A DNA stretch of 64,000 bases from Octopus vulgaris (lineage: Eukaryota), in contig OX597833.1 of assembly GCA_951406725.2 (NCBI GenBank), forward strand, positions 45,322,001-45,386,000, in the 5' to 3' direction. How positions within the stretch are numbered: the first letter of the stretch is position 1; each line of letters starts with the position of its first letter. Positions 39,130 through 51,547 of this stretch are shown piece by piece. The notes beneath the pieces are model-generated. The model worked only from the letters and a program-made list of their open reading frames with translations. It made no database searches and had not been told where the DNA came from. The translations under genes were made by a program, and so were the position numbers.

Positions 39130-39330
39130 ATTATCTTCGAAAATCACAGAGCCATAGCAGAGCTGTATCCCGTCGTCGGCCCAGACGAAAAGCATGAAAT
39201 AAATGGTGTAAGGCAAAAAGTGCAATTGCTATACTTGTGGACACGTGAATCATTTGAAAGCTTTTCGTTCTGAAAATCTGGAGAAAATAAAAAGTAATGA
39301 AAGCAACAGAGAAAACAACTGCAGACTTCA
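39130..39330 (+). pseudogene. Degenerate gag-like ORF1 of a LINE
   Basis: One frame reads CYTCGHVNHLKAF(R), a CX2CX4HX4C knuckle with the last Cys lost. Confidence 0.4.
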
Positions 39331-40112
39331 GTCTTCGGTACATCACATGTCCTAGTTCTGTAATTTGCAGTGCCAGGACCTAACCAAAAATAACCGAAGA
39401 ACCTCCTCCTCTTGCTATAGCCAAAAGGAACAGCGAGAGGAGAGGGAAGAGGAGAATAATCAACAGCAACATCGGTAAGCAGCACTGTTTCCAACTCTGC
39501 AAGGGTCTGGAGAAACCGTCTTGTTCTCAGTTCCAGAACCCAATGAACGGAAGCCCTCCCGTCTCCCGACCAAATATATTACGCTATAGTCTTGTGACAA
39601 TGGGGTCGTAATGGAAACCACAGAGGAAGTGAAAACTACCGGGAAAAAAAAAAGAGAAGGAAAAGCAAGCTCGACGTAAAGGCGTATAAAACGCAATAAA
39701 AGGACGCCAGCGACGACAACAGCATGAATTTCACAGTCGTTCGAAAAATGAACCAGTAATTTGTAAATGAACTAATGTTTATGTGGTACAAAGGATATAG
39801 CCTTAGCGCACTAATTATCAAAAATCAAGTAGAGCCGGAATACAGGAGACACGCCAGTTGTAGAATGTTGGTAAAAGCAATATCTGAACGTTATCAATAG
39901 CTAAAGTAGGAGTATCCGGAAAACGTAGAGTGTTTTAATTGTTTCTTCCCACGCAAAGGATGTTAACAGGCACTTTTGGGTGCACTAAATCCCAGTATAA
40001 ACATGGGCTGGTTGGCATTGTCCTCTGATCGAACTTAATAAAAACAAGAAGACGTTAAGCATATGAATGTAAAGAGCAGCTGCACAGTGGTTCGTCATAC
40101 CTAATGTAATAT

Positions 40113-40536
40113 ATTATTTCTTTATTGCTCACAAGGGGCTAAAAATAGAGGGGACAAACAAGGACAGACAAAGGGGTTAAGTCGATTACATCGACTCCAG
40201 TGCGTAACTGGTACTTATTTAATCGACCCCGAAAGGATGAAAGGCAAAGTTGACCTCGGCAGAATTTGAACTCAGAACGTAACGGCAGACGAAATACCTA
40301 TTTCTATTTCTTTACTACCCACAAGGGGCTAAACACAGAGAGGACAAACAAGGACAGACAAACGGATTAAGTCGATTATATCGACCCCAGTGCGTAACTG
40401 GTACTTATTTAATCGACCCCGAAAGGACGAAAGGGAAAGTCGACCTCGGCGGAATTTGAACTCATAACGTAGCGGCAGACTAAATACCGCAAAGCATTTC
40501 GCCCGGCGTGCTAACGTTTCTGCCAACTCGCCGCCT
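40113..40536 (-). mobile_element. Dimeric SINE family B
   Basis: Two tandem units with TSD-like cctaatgtaatata on both sides. Confidence 0.9.
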
Positions 40537-40881
40537 TGCCTAATGTAATATATATAGGCATAAGCGCAATCAGCTATGCCTATATATAAGAAGTTCGCTT
40601 CGCAACCACATGGATTGGGGTTCGATAACACAGTGCAGCACTCTGGGCTTGTATCATCTACTCTAGCTTCGAGATGACCAATACCTTGTGAGCGGAAACT
40701 GGTTTTCAGAAACTGTGCAGATGTGTGTCGTGTTTGAATCGTGTGCGTGTGTGTATGTGCGAGCGAACGAGTGTGCACGCACGCACGCACATCTATGTGT
40801 ACAGACGTTGAATTGCGTCGAAGAAATAAGAAATGAGTGCTCAATATATGCTGTAGAGTATACGGTTTATTTAAACTCGTG

Positions 40882-40915
40882 ACTCAAATTTCACGTCGCT
40901 GCGATCTTCAGGAGT
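40882..40915 (-). ncRNA. Possible minimal hammerhead motif
   Basis: ACTC-CTGAAGA-tcgcagcgacgt-GAAA-ttt-GAGT; stem III is atypically short. Confidence 0.35.
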
Positions 40916-41049
40916 AAACTCTTACAACTTGGTGTGGTGATTTATTGATATCTGTTGATGTGGATGTGGTTTCTTATTCGCACCTATTCATTGGTTTGTT
41001 TGTTTTTTCGTCTGTTGGTTGACTGTTGTTTTGTGTCGCTTGATTGGCT

Positions 41050-41087
<38 letters not shown>

Positions 41088-41270
41088 TATTGCCTTTGCA
41101 CAGCTTCTAACACTGGAGATGTACTACAGTATCAGCTGTTCACTACCAGTGAACTAAGGTAACACCTCTTATTTTTCGAGCACCTTCCGGAGTATTCGAG
41201 CGGTTCCAAGCAGTGCTGTTTTCTGCAAGTGCTCCACCCTTATTGTAGCCCCTATTTGTTCTACGTACTA
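41088..41270 (-). mobile_element. R4/Dong-type LINE 3' end
   Basis: YVEQIGATIRVEHLQKTALLGTARILRKVLEK* plus 3' UTR, between (ATT)n and (ATC)n tracts. Confidence 0.85.
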
Positions 41271-41282
41271 TTATCGTTATAA

Positions 41283-41330
<48 letters not shown>

Positions 41331-41792
41331 GAGTGAGAGAGCAGTGCATGCTATCAAAGTGACACTGGGGTAAAATATACGAAGCCCAGTATACCCATCA
41401 TGACTACCCATCTGATAAGGGTACACCAGGCACATGCATCACAACCATATGTGCGCGACATGGTGATCTCATATCAAGATAAACAGCACATGACCTTGCA
41501 GGTGGGGCCCAGTTAGAATTCAGGTTGAGTAGCCAACCTCTAAGAGTTCCTTTCAACACACGGCTATGATGCTCCCCAACTACTTCTACTTGTGATCAGA
41601 GATGCACATATCGTCAGTCACTAAGGGACATGCTCAACTGGTTATGGTCAAACAACTGATAAGCAAATCTGTGGTATTGAGCAGAATATTTGCTGTAGCC
41701 CATCTTATCAAGACAAAACAATGTACATGATAACACATTCCAATCAGTTAAGATCAGCCGCCATGAGAGCCACTGCCTGGTACTGCATCAGG

Positions 41793-41793
<1 letters not shown>
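41331..41793 (-). mobile_element. (AAT)n-associated repeat, same family as 3106-3612
   Basis: Direct sequence match; (TAT)n on both sides. Confidence 0.8.
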
Positions 41794-41830
<37 letters not shown>

Positions 41831-41868
41831 GTTATTGTTATTGTTATTGTTGTTGTTGTTGCTGTTGT

Positions 41869-41899
<31 letters not shown>

Positions 41900-41902
<3 letters not shown>

Positions 41903-42090
41903 ATCTTTATTATTTCCGGCCTTGTATTTGCTAGGTATGGGCGTGTTTGGGTATTTGCATTTCGTTTCGTCGCGTTATTTGTATTGGGCAGTTTATTTTT
42001 GAGTTTATCTGTTAATCTAATTAAAACTGTTTGTTTACTGATCAAGTTTATTTCGTTGATTAGAACTGGGTGTAAGTTTCGTATTGTATT

Positions 42091-42122
<32 letters not shown>

Positions 42123-42542
42123 TAATAGACTTATTTTCTTAATGTGAATTTTGTATTAGTCAAGGTTAGAAAATTTCAGAAACTTGTTTGTTTGTGTGAG
42201 CATTTTGCTACTGAAGGGGGTTCGGGGCTGTTTGTTTTGTTGCTTTCTTATTATTACTATTGGATGTGAAATTGCTTTTTTTAATTAATCTGTTAAACTA
42301 ATTAAAGGCGCATGCATTTATGGGAGACTTTGGGAGTGTCTCGCACTGTAAATGGTATTTTATGGTTGAGTGACGTTTGCTAATTTGTGTTTCTTCGGTT
42401 TATATTGCTGATTAATCTTTTGATTATTGGTGGTGAGTGATCAGAGTTTATATTAATATATAAAGACATTTTCTATGCTTTTCTGTAAGGGTAGCATTTT
42501 CCGGTGTTCATGTTCAATGTTATATCGAAATAGTTTAAACTT
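41900..42542 (-). pseudogene. Penelope-like RT C-terminal fragment (repeated at about 44005-44650)
   Basis: LNYFDITLNMNTGKCYPYRK..LYININSDHSPPIIKRLISNINRR matches the PLE FLD/Y.K/S.HP motifs. Confidence 0.75.
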
Positions 42543-42669
42543 GACGTGACATTAAACCTGAACGCGTACACATGCATGCGTGTATGCATCTGTGAATATT
42601 GTGTCTGCATCTGAACCAGTGTTTATTTTTATGGGTATGGATAAAAAAGCATGACTTAATCATTCCTTG

Positions 42670-43106
42670 GGTCTTTACTGTTTGGTTACACCTCTGGAAA
42701 TCTTAAAATCTAGTGAAAATTTTAAAATTTGGTGTATTGATGTAATTTTCCACGCTGAATCTCAGGGGCTAATTCCCTTTTTCCAGAAAAAAATTAGAAG
42801 TTTAAAGTTCGATTTAGAAGTTGTAATTTTGTGCGTGACTGCATGTGTTGCCAACAGTAAACAAATGACCACCTAATACCACATGTGTTTTAAGCATTTA
42901 ATAAGCGACATATGCCTGTGGCTTTCGACTGGTTAAAATTACCCATAATTTGCGAAATTTTAAAATTGATTTTATTAATTGATTTATAGCGAAAATGAAT
43001 TTCATGTCAATGATTACAATACCAAGCTACATCATTACACCAAATATGAAATCAATTGGAACAATAATTGAAGAAATTGAAAAGTGGCAACCAAATAGTA
43101 AGTTCC
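42670..43106. mobile_element. GG...CC TIR MITE with 9-bp TSD (Merlin/MULE-like); repeated at about 44779-45215
   Basis: TSD CATTCCTTG and imperfect 22-bp TIRs. A longer relative lies at about 56834-57545. Confidence 0.7.
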
Positions 43107-43519
43107 CATTCCTTGAATAAAATCACTAAAAAGAACCCTACACTGATATAAATCCTTGAACCGATACGAGTGTTTTGGAATGGGCGTTTTGGACTTTGTA
43201 TTGGTCAAGACGGAAAGATTTTAAAAGTTTGTTTAAGATGGGGGAGTGTGGTATTACTTATTGGCTTTATCTTTTATCTTTTACTTATTTCACTTATTAG
43301 ACTGCGGTCATGTTGGGGCACTGTCTTGAAGGATTTTAAGTCGAATGAATCGATCCGAGTACTTATTTTTTAAAAGACTGGTACTTATTCTTTTGGTCTC
43401 TTTTAACCGAACTACTAAGTTATGGGGATGTAAACACGCCAACACCGGTTTATAATTATTTGGGAAAAAATTACAAATGTAATTTTTTTCCCTCCAATAA
43501 ACTGCACTTCATATTCGAG

Positions 43520-43598
43520 GCTCCGACGAAGCTATAACGTGTTACTCAAGCACTAAATTGTGATTCCACTGCATCTTATAGCAGAAACAGCTGTTAGC
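43520..43598 (+). ncRNA. Hammerhead-like motif with CCGACGA core and extended stem II (repeated at about 45628-45706)
   Basis: GCT-CCGACGA-a-GCTATAA-(38 nt)-TTATAGC-a-GAAA-CAGCTG-TT-AGC. Confidence 0.55.
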
Positions 43599-43634
43599 TA
43601 ATGAAGTTCGCAAGATAATCGTTTATTCTTTTGT

Positions 43635-43734
43635 NNNNNNNNNNNNNNNNNNNNNNNNNNNNNNNNNNNNNNNNNNNNNNNNNNNNNNNNNNNNNNNNNN
43701 NNNNNNNNNNNNNNNNNNNNNNNNNNNNNNNNNN
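43635..43734. other. Scaffold gap (100 N) between two copies of a 2-kb segment
   Basis: 41647-43634 is nearly identical to 43735-45742. Confidence 0.97.
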
Positions 43735-43880
43735 GTCAAACAACTGATAAGCAAATCTGTGGTATTGAGCAGAATATTTGCTGTAGCCCATCTTATCAAG
43801 ACAAAACAATGTACATGATAACACATTCCAATCAGTTAAGATCAGCCGCCATGAGAGCCACTGCCTGGTACTGCATCAGG

Positions 43881-43930
<50 letters not shown>

Positions 43931-43945
43931 GTTATTGTTATTGTT

Positions 43946-44008
<63 letters not shown>

Positions 44009-44196
44009 ATCTTTATTATTTCCGGCCTTGTATTTGCTAGGTATGGGCGTGTTTGGGTATTTGCATTTCGTTTCGTCGCGTTATTTGTATTGGGCAGTTT
44101 ATTTTTGAGTTTATCTGTTAATCTAATTAAAACTGTTTGTTTACTGATCAAGTTTATTTCGTTGATTAGAACTGGGTGTAAGTTTCGTATTGTATT

Positions 44197-44232
<36 letters not shown>

Positions 44233-45862
44233 ATAGACTTATTTTCTTAATGTGAATTTTGTATTAGTCAAGGTTAGAAAATTTCAGAAACTTGTTTGTT
44301 TGTGTGAGCATTTTGCTACTGAAGGGGGTTCGGGGCTGTTTGTTTTGTTGCTTTCTTATTATTACTATTGGATGTGAAATTGCTTTTTTTAATTAATCTG
44401 TTAAACTAATTAAAGGCGCATGCATTTATGGGAGACTTTGGGAGTGTCTCGCACTGTAAATGGTATTTTATGGTTGAGTGACGTTTGCTAATTTGTGTTT
44501 CTTTCGGTTTATATTGCTGATTAATCTTTTGATTATTGGTGGTGAGTGATCAGAGTTTATATTAATATATAAAGACATTTTCTATGCTTTTCTGTAAGGG
44601 TAGCATTTTCCGGTGTTCATGTTCAATGTTATATCGAAATAGTTTAAACTTGACGTGACATTAAACCTGAACGCGTACACATGCATGCGTGTATGCATCT
44701 GTGAATATTGTGTCTGCATCTGAACCAGTGTTTATTTTTATGGGTATGGATAAAAAAGCATGACTTAATCATTCCTTGGGTCTTTACTGTTTGGTTACAC
44801 CTCTGGAAATCTTAAAATCTAGTGAAAATTTTAAAATTTGGTGTATTGATGTAATTTTCCACGCTGAATCTCAGGGGCTAATTCCCTTTTTCCAGAAAAA
44901 AATTAGAAGTTTAAAGTTCGATTTAGAAGTTGTAATTTTGTGCGTGACTGCATGTGTTGCCAACAGTAAACAAATGACCACCTAATACCACATGTGTTTT
45001 AAGCATTTAATAAGCGACATATGCCTGTGGCTTTCGACTGGTTAAAATTACCCATAATTTGCGAAATTTTAAAATTGATTTTATTAATTGATTTATAGCG
45101 AAAATGAATTTCATGTCAATGATTACAATACCAAGCTACATCATTACACCAAATATGAAATCAATTGGAACAATAATTGAAGAAATTGAAAAGTGGCAAC
45201 CAAATAGTAAGTTCCCATTCCTTGAATAAAATCACTAAAAAGAACCCTACACTGATATAAATCCTTGAACCGATACGAGTGTTTTGGAATGGGCGTTTTG
45301 GACTTTGTATTGGTCAAGACGGAAAGATTTTAAAAGTTTGTTTAAGATGGGGAGTGTGGTATTACTTATTGGCTTTATCTTTTATCTTTTACTTATTTCA
45401 CTTATTAGACTGCGGTCATGTTGGGGCACTGTCTTGAAGGATTTTAAGTCGAATGAATCGATCCGAGTACTTATTTTTTAAAAGACTAGTACTTATTCTT
45501 TTGGTCTCTTTTAACCGAACTACTAAGTTATGGGGATGTAAACACGCCAACACCGGTTTATAATTATTTGGGAAAAAATTACAAATGTAATTTTTTTCCC
45601 TCCAATAAACTGCACTTCATATTCGAGGCTCCGACGAAGCTATAACGTGTTACTCAAGCACTAAATTGTGATTCCACTGCATCTTATAGCAGAAACAGCT
45701 GTTAGCTAATGAAGTTCGCAAGATAATCGTTTATTCTTTTGTCATCTTATTTTATTATAACCGATCTGTACTCGATTAACACTTCGTTCTGAGGCAAATC
45801 TATATTGAGTACTACACTAGGTTATTTTTTTCGCAATGCCTTAGCGAAATCTCTGTCTCTCT

Positions 45863-45935
<73 letters not shown>

Positions 45936-46064
45936 TACTTGGAGAAAAGAAAAGAAACGAAACGACGCGAGGGCGCTCAGTCATACAATAATTTAATAAA
46001 TAAAATATATTCATACATACATACATATATGTACGTACCTACATCTACATGTATATATAAATGC

Positions 46065-46095
<31 letters not shown>

Positions 46096-46221
46096 AAGAA
46101 TTCCAACCTTGTTCTGATTTTCACGTTTTATTTACAATCTTATAATGATATATTATAAGATAATATATTATAATTGAATAAAATAAAATGAAATAGTAGA
46201 ATGTTAAATATTCATTCTGAT

Positions 46222-46266
46222 TGAACTAGTACTTTCATGCATTGAATTCTGCAATCTTCGGGTTCA
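46222..46266 (-). ncRNA. Minimal type I hammerhead ribozyme in the PLE 3' region
   Basis: TGAAC-CCGAAGA-t-TGCA-gaattcaa-TGCA-t-GAAA-GTAC-TA-GTTCA. Perfect 5-bp stem I, palindromic stem III AGTACT, same strand as the ORF. Confidence 0.8.
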
Positions 46267-46760
46267 TGTAGTAGTGTTGACAGTCATGCTTCACAATTTT
46301 TGACTGTAGCAAGATGAGTGATTCTGTGCTATAAATACAGCTGGGTAGGCTCCAGAGTGCTAGGTTTTGCAAACTGTATTCTGACCAATCAGTGTGTAGT
46401 ATCACTCAATTACTTAAGCTGATTGGTTGGTTGAGCTGATTGGTTTAGGCATCACGCTTTGTTGGACAGGTCAAGAGTCCTGTATCTTGACCCTGGCCGA
46501 AGCAGCAATTGTTGGGTTATTTTTAGAAATGTTGTAAATATCCTTTGTCAGAGATTTTTATATTTTTATATTTCAATTGTCATCATCATCATTGTCAGCA
46601 CCTTAATTATTGTTGCTAGTGGTGATGGTGGTGGCAATAGAACTTTTAACCCTAAATAAGATAATTTTCCTGCTATCTTCGTCTTGATCACCTTTAGTAT
46701 TGTTGTTGTTGTTAGTGGTCATGGTCGTAGCAGTGGAAGTAATACCTCTAAGTATTATTA

Positions 46761-47654
46761 TTATTGCTTATTTAGCTTGGGTTCGAATTTATCAATAAAA
46801 TTCTTTTCTCTGATTTTCCTCTCGATTTCACTTGGGCTGTGTAATTTGTAGAATGGAAATATTATATATATTTTCCGACCACATGTTGCTAGGTGGTTAC
46901 TCAAAGGTATCTGACGGACCTCTGGGTCTCTAATCTGTTGCCGGTGTACACGTGAGCGTTCTAATAGTGCGTTTCCCGTCTGACCTACATATATTTCTTC
47001 ACAATTTGGGCATTTGATGCAGTAAATTAAATTTCTGCTTTTGCAGTTCATATTCGCGTTTGTGAATATTTTCCCGGTTTTTGTGTTTATATATTGACCG
47101 GTATGTATGAATTGGCATGTGCCACATCGGCTATCATTGCATTTAGATACCGTGAATGTTTGGTCTTTGTTGCTGAGGTCAAATTTTGCCTTTGTTAGTA
47201 ATGTTTTCAAGTTTTTAGGCTGTCTTTTACTAAGCACCATAGCTCGATCCTTGATTATGTCTTTTAATTCATTACTTTGGGCAATGATTGGAAGGTTTGC
47301 TTTGGCAATGTTGAAGATATTCTGGTGACATGGGTTGTGTGTCACTATGAATGGTATGACTTGTTCTTGTTTTCCTCTTCCTTGGGTCGTCCTAAGTTGT
47401 TGTATAGGTATTTTTATAGCCCGCTGTATGCCATTTTCTATAAGTAGAGATGGGTATTTTTGTTTGAGCAAAATTCTCTTAGTTCTATTAGGCGTTTGTT
47501 CCTGATATTTGCATCTTCTACAATAGTACAAATTCTTCTGGCTAGGCAGTATGGGATGTTACGTTTTGTATGTGGTGGATGGCACGACTTAAAATTTAGG
47601 TATTGATGTGTGTCTGTGTGTTTATAGTATATATCTGTGGTGATGGTGGTGTCT

Positions 47655-47660
<6 letters not shown>
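46761..47660 (-). pseudogene. PLE polyprotein C-terminus with GIY-YIG endonuclease
   Basis: ORFs 47438-47818 and 46761-47531 join through one frameshift near 47470. Confidence 0.9.
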
Positions 47661-47701
<41 letters not shown>

Positions 47702-47857
47702 TACAGGACACCACAAATAGATGTAGAACTCAACGAGAAACGAAAACATAAAAACATGGAAATAGACTTTTTTTGACAACGAAAAAACAGAGCACAAGAC
47801 AAACAACACAAGGAACATTCCCCTTCATCAGCTGTCCCCGGTTCGACTCCAAGCGTA

Positions 47858-48237
47858 GGCGTAGGAGTGGCTGTGTGGTAAGTACCTTGCTTACGAAAAC
47901 ATGGTTCCGGGTTCAGTCTCACTGCGTGGCACCTTGGGCAAGTGTTTTCTACTATGGCCTCGTGAGTGGATTCGGTAGATGGAAACTGAAAGAAGCCCGT
48001 CGTATATATGTATGTGTGTGTATATGTTTGTGTGTCTGTGTTTGTCCCCCAACATCGCTTGACAACCGATGCTGGTGCGTTTATATCTCCGTAACTTAGC
48101 GGTTCGGCAAAAGAAACCGATAGAATAAGTACTAGGCTTACAAAGAATAAGTCCTGGGGTCGATTTGATTCGACTAAAGGCGGTGCTCCAGTATGGCCTC
48201 AGTCAAATGACTGAAACAAGTAAAAGAGTTAAAGAGT
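47858..48237 (+). mobile_element. SINE family A
   Basis: Matches the family. Confidence 0.9.
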
Positions 48238-48374
48238 ATATATACATATATCTTAGGACAGTCTTTTCTAGAGATGACATTTTACATTGTTTTATATACA
48301 TTTGCGTCAGAAATTAATTAGCATTTCTCAAATTTCTACATTAAATAGGTTAAATCAATTAACCTATGAGCTGT

Positions 48375-49350
48375 TCAAAACGTCTTACGCGATGAGAAAA
48401 CTTAGTATGGTGTGACTTCGGTCCTTGCGAGGCGCTACCTATATCTATTAAACAAAGGAAGATTCGTCTGCATCCGCACTCCAAGTTGTTGTTGCACTGC
48501 TATGTCAACATCATAAGGCTGTAGACTCTCAAACTGCTCTGCAAACAAAGTTACGTCATCGTTCTGCGCAACAGTGAACTCGCAACAAAGCAATAGTTCG
48601 AGATATGGCCACTAGGTGACAGCACATACCTTGAGTGAAGAGCAAATCAAGGGTGCTAATTAATTTCTGACGGTAGTGTATGAAAAGAAAAAAAACAACC
48701 GTCATTTTGTAAGGAGAGGTAGTATCACGATTAAATTTTGGGGTAGCTGCTGTTTACACATGTTATATCCTCGATAGAAGAGTAACGTAATCGACATTTC
48801 CGGTTACATCGTAGGAGTTTTAAGTGCGCTAGTGTCTCGTCTGTTCAGCTATATCCTGCGTTTGGATTGCAAAAGCATATCGTTCAAGACGTGACACGAT
48901 GTTACGGTCACGAGTTCAAGAGAGGAAACATTTCATTTTAGTATTAACATCCTTCTCGAGTTTATAGAAAAACATAGCATGCATCACTTTTTTGTGGTAT
49001 ACGGACTGCTTCTCTTGCAAGTCTTCGCCGAGGTATGCTAGTACTGAATTTCTGAGTTTACATGAGAGGTTGTCAGGAAGTGAATGTTTTTTGAGGAGTT
49101 CATTGCTGACTCGCATGGTGTTATTCACTAAATCTTTGAGCACTTGGCTGGTTTATTTATTTTTGCTGCCATTGTTTAACAGGTTCTGTCTAAGTGATAG
49201 CACATAACATCTACAGACTGTTTGCATTGACCTTAAGCGTCTTCCCCCCTCTCTTTCTCTTCTTTTGATACAAGCTCTCCCAATATTGTTTCTGTGGAAG
49301 TTTGCAGTCGATGTCAGGATCTTGCGGATTCTACTTTCCTTTCTTTCCAT
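48375..49350 (-). pseudogene. Highly degenerate R4/Dong-type LINE, related to 22260-22660
   Basis: IRKILTSTANFHRN..EGGRRL, ERYAFAIQTQDI and a nucleotide match to the SSCPKMSSRYYLP region near 48700-48752. May extend to about 50170. Confidence 0.65.
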
Positions 49351-50533
49351 CGCTTACTCGTCAGTGACTATATCATTAGACTCACAACAGTCTTGGAGAA
49401 ATTGGTTCCAAAAGCCCGTGCACAATTTTTACATAATGTTAAGGGAGGTTATGGCCCTATAGTTCTCTGTTAAGGTAGCGATGCAGTGATTTTATTCCTG
49501 GCTACAGGATTTGTACGTACTATGGCAAGCCAGTATGGCATGTCAATCTGGTCTTCCAAAGTTTTCTTGGAATATGTATATGTGACATTATATAAAAATT
49601 CAACATCTTGTAGCAGTAGCCTATTATGAAGGCTAGTGCCGTTTCCTTATTCTGCTTTCCCACAGCTGTGGTGAAGGTTTTATCATCAATCATGGTTGTT
49701 TTTTTTTTTAGCCTACTCTCGTCGAAAAAAAAAAATCTGTTACTTAACGATAAGCATAGAGAAGCTATAAAAATTACTCTCAGTTGTTACGTTGTGTATA
49801 TTTCACTGTCGTCTGTCTGATCGAAGATAGCGAACTGACAGGCGCTGGCGTTTTCAGTTTGTTTACATTCTTGTCGATCTGTAATGGCAGCTTTGGGCCG
49901 GTTTTGAATATAATCGGAAGATCTGTAACATCACAGGAATTGAAATAACGATTACTCTCTGGCACAGTAGTTCTCTGGGTTGTTATCATAAACAGATATC
50001 GTAGCTGTTTAACTGTCAAGTGGTTTACGTTTCGGTGAGATTCATCCTGGTGTTTCTCTAATCTGTTCATATGGCAGAAGGAAGAATCTTCACGACTTTT
50101 TTTCATAGCACCGGAGTACATCTTGATTTAAATGCAAAGATCAAGTAGGAAAAATACTTACGTCTTCTAAGATAGTTCACAGAAGTGACAGAATTGTAGA
50201 TATCAATATCGGTGGTAATGTTAATATCAGCTGTGATGACAAAAGCGAAATCTCCCAAGGCGAAAAAAAAATTATTTTTTAAATATCTGGTCTGAATGGG
50301 GTTAAATTGGGGACTAAACAGCGTTTCTCTTATTTACTGAAAAAAATGTGACAACAAAAAACAAGGAAAAACAAACAAAAGAAAACATTTACTAACCCAG
50401 CTTTGTTATAGTTGTAGAATAAAATGTTCAGAATCACATTTTACATGAACCTCTACGCCTGAACGTCATATACTAATGGCACCATAAGTATGCATATGTG
50501 TATATAAACAATATTTATATGAGCATGTGTGTA

Positions 50534-50587
<54 letters not shown>

Positions 50588-50590
<3 letters not shown>

Positions 50591-51318
50591 TACTAATATA
50601 GGATGAAACTTTTTTCGGAAAAAAATTTCATCAAAAGTGGCAACCTTCAAAGGTTAAAATTATAAACAACTTAAAAATAAGGGCAAAAGAAAAATGTCTT
50701 CCATGCCATTATGCTGATAACAGACTTTAAATCGTCAATTTCCACATTTCATTATACACTCACTATAAATATACGTCGTGCTGAAATCGAGGAAAGCTAG
50801 CCAACAGAATTTTAAAAAAAAGTTCGTTATTTCTATATTGAATCAATTTCGGGATTAATCCTATGAATTCTTCCCTCTTCAGTAGAAAATACGATAAGAA
50901 ATAAATGAAATACTTACACGCACCTATGGAAAAAAGCATAAGCAAAAGTCATGAATACACATAAGTACCCCAGTTATATCTAAATGTAAGATCCTTTAGC
51001 CAGCCTCAGCACACGTGTGAACTATTCCAAACCACAGCTTATAGTGGTTACCAGTCCCTAAGCGAATGTTAATAAATCTACTACTAATATGGGATGAAAA
51101 TTTTTTCAGAAAAATAAATTTCATCAAAAGTGGCAGCATATTAAAATACCTTCAAAGGTTAAAATTATAAACAACTTATAAACAAGGGCAAAAGAAAAAT
51201 TATTTCCATGCCAATATGGTGATAACAGACAATAACAATATGCCGATATTGGCATGGAAATAATTTTTCTTTTGCCCTTGTTTATAAGTTGTTTATATAT
51301 ATATATATAATAGCTAGT
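50588..51318 (+). mobile_element. Possible Helitron-like fragments (two copies of a 5' end plus a perfect inverted repeat)
   Basis: 50588-50725 is similar to 51082-51230; TC start at about 51077 and CTAG near 51314. Confidence 0.4.
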
Positions 51319-51496
51319 TATAAAATCTGAAGAAGAGATAGAGTACTAACGTATACTAAACAGTAGAGGCAATAGCCACATATATGTGGCGGATGAATGT
51401 TACAACTAGTTTAACCCCAGGCGGATTCTCCGCCTAATGGTTTTCGGTGCAAGCTCTGCACCCTATCTGCCACTTATATATGTGGTTACTCGCTCT

Positions 51497-51547
<51 letters not shown>

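Larger units (their letters stand above)
46093..47660 (-). mobile_element. 5'-truncated Penelope-like element (RT thumb, linker, GIY-YIG, pLTR with HHR)
   Basis: TDIYYKHTDTHQYLNFKSCHPPHTKRNIPY; RQPKNL; CxxxRCGTC; NCKSRNLIYCIKCPNCEEIYVGQT..R..H..REKNFI..LN. Bounded by (TA)n on both sides. Confidence 0.92.

Noticed and set aside
38463-39197. 244-aa ORF
   Set aside because: It runs through antisense mariner, Helitron, SINE and microsatellite pieces in a probable chimeric region.
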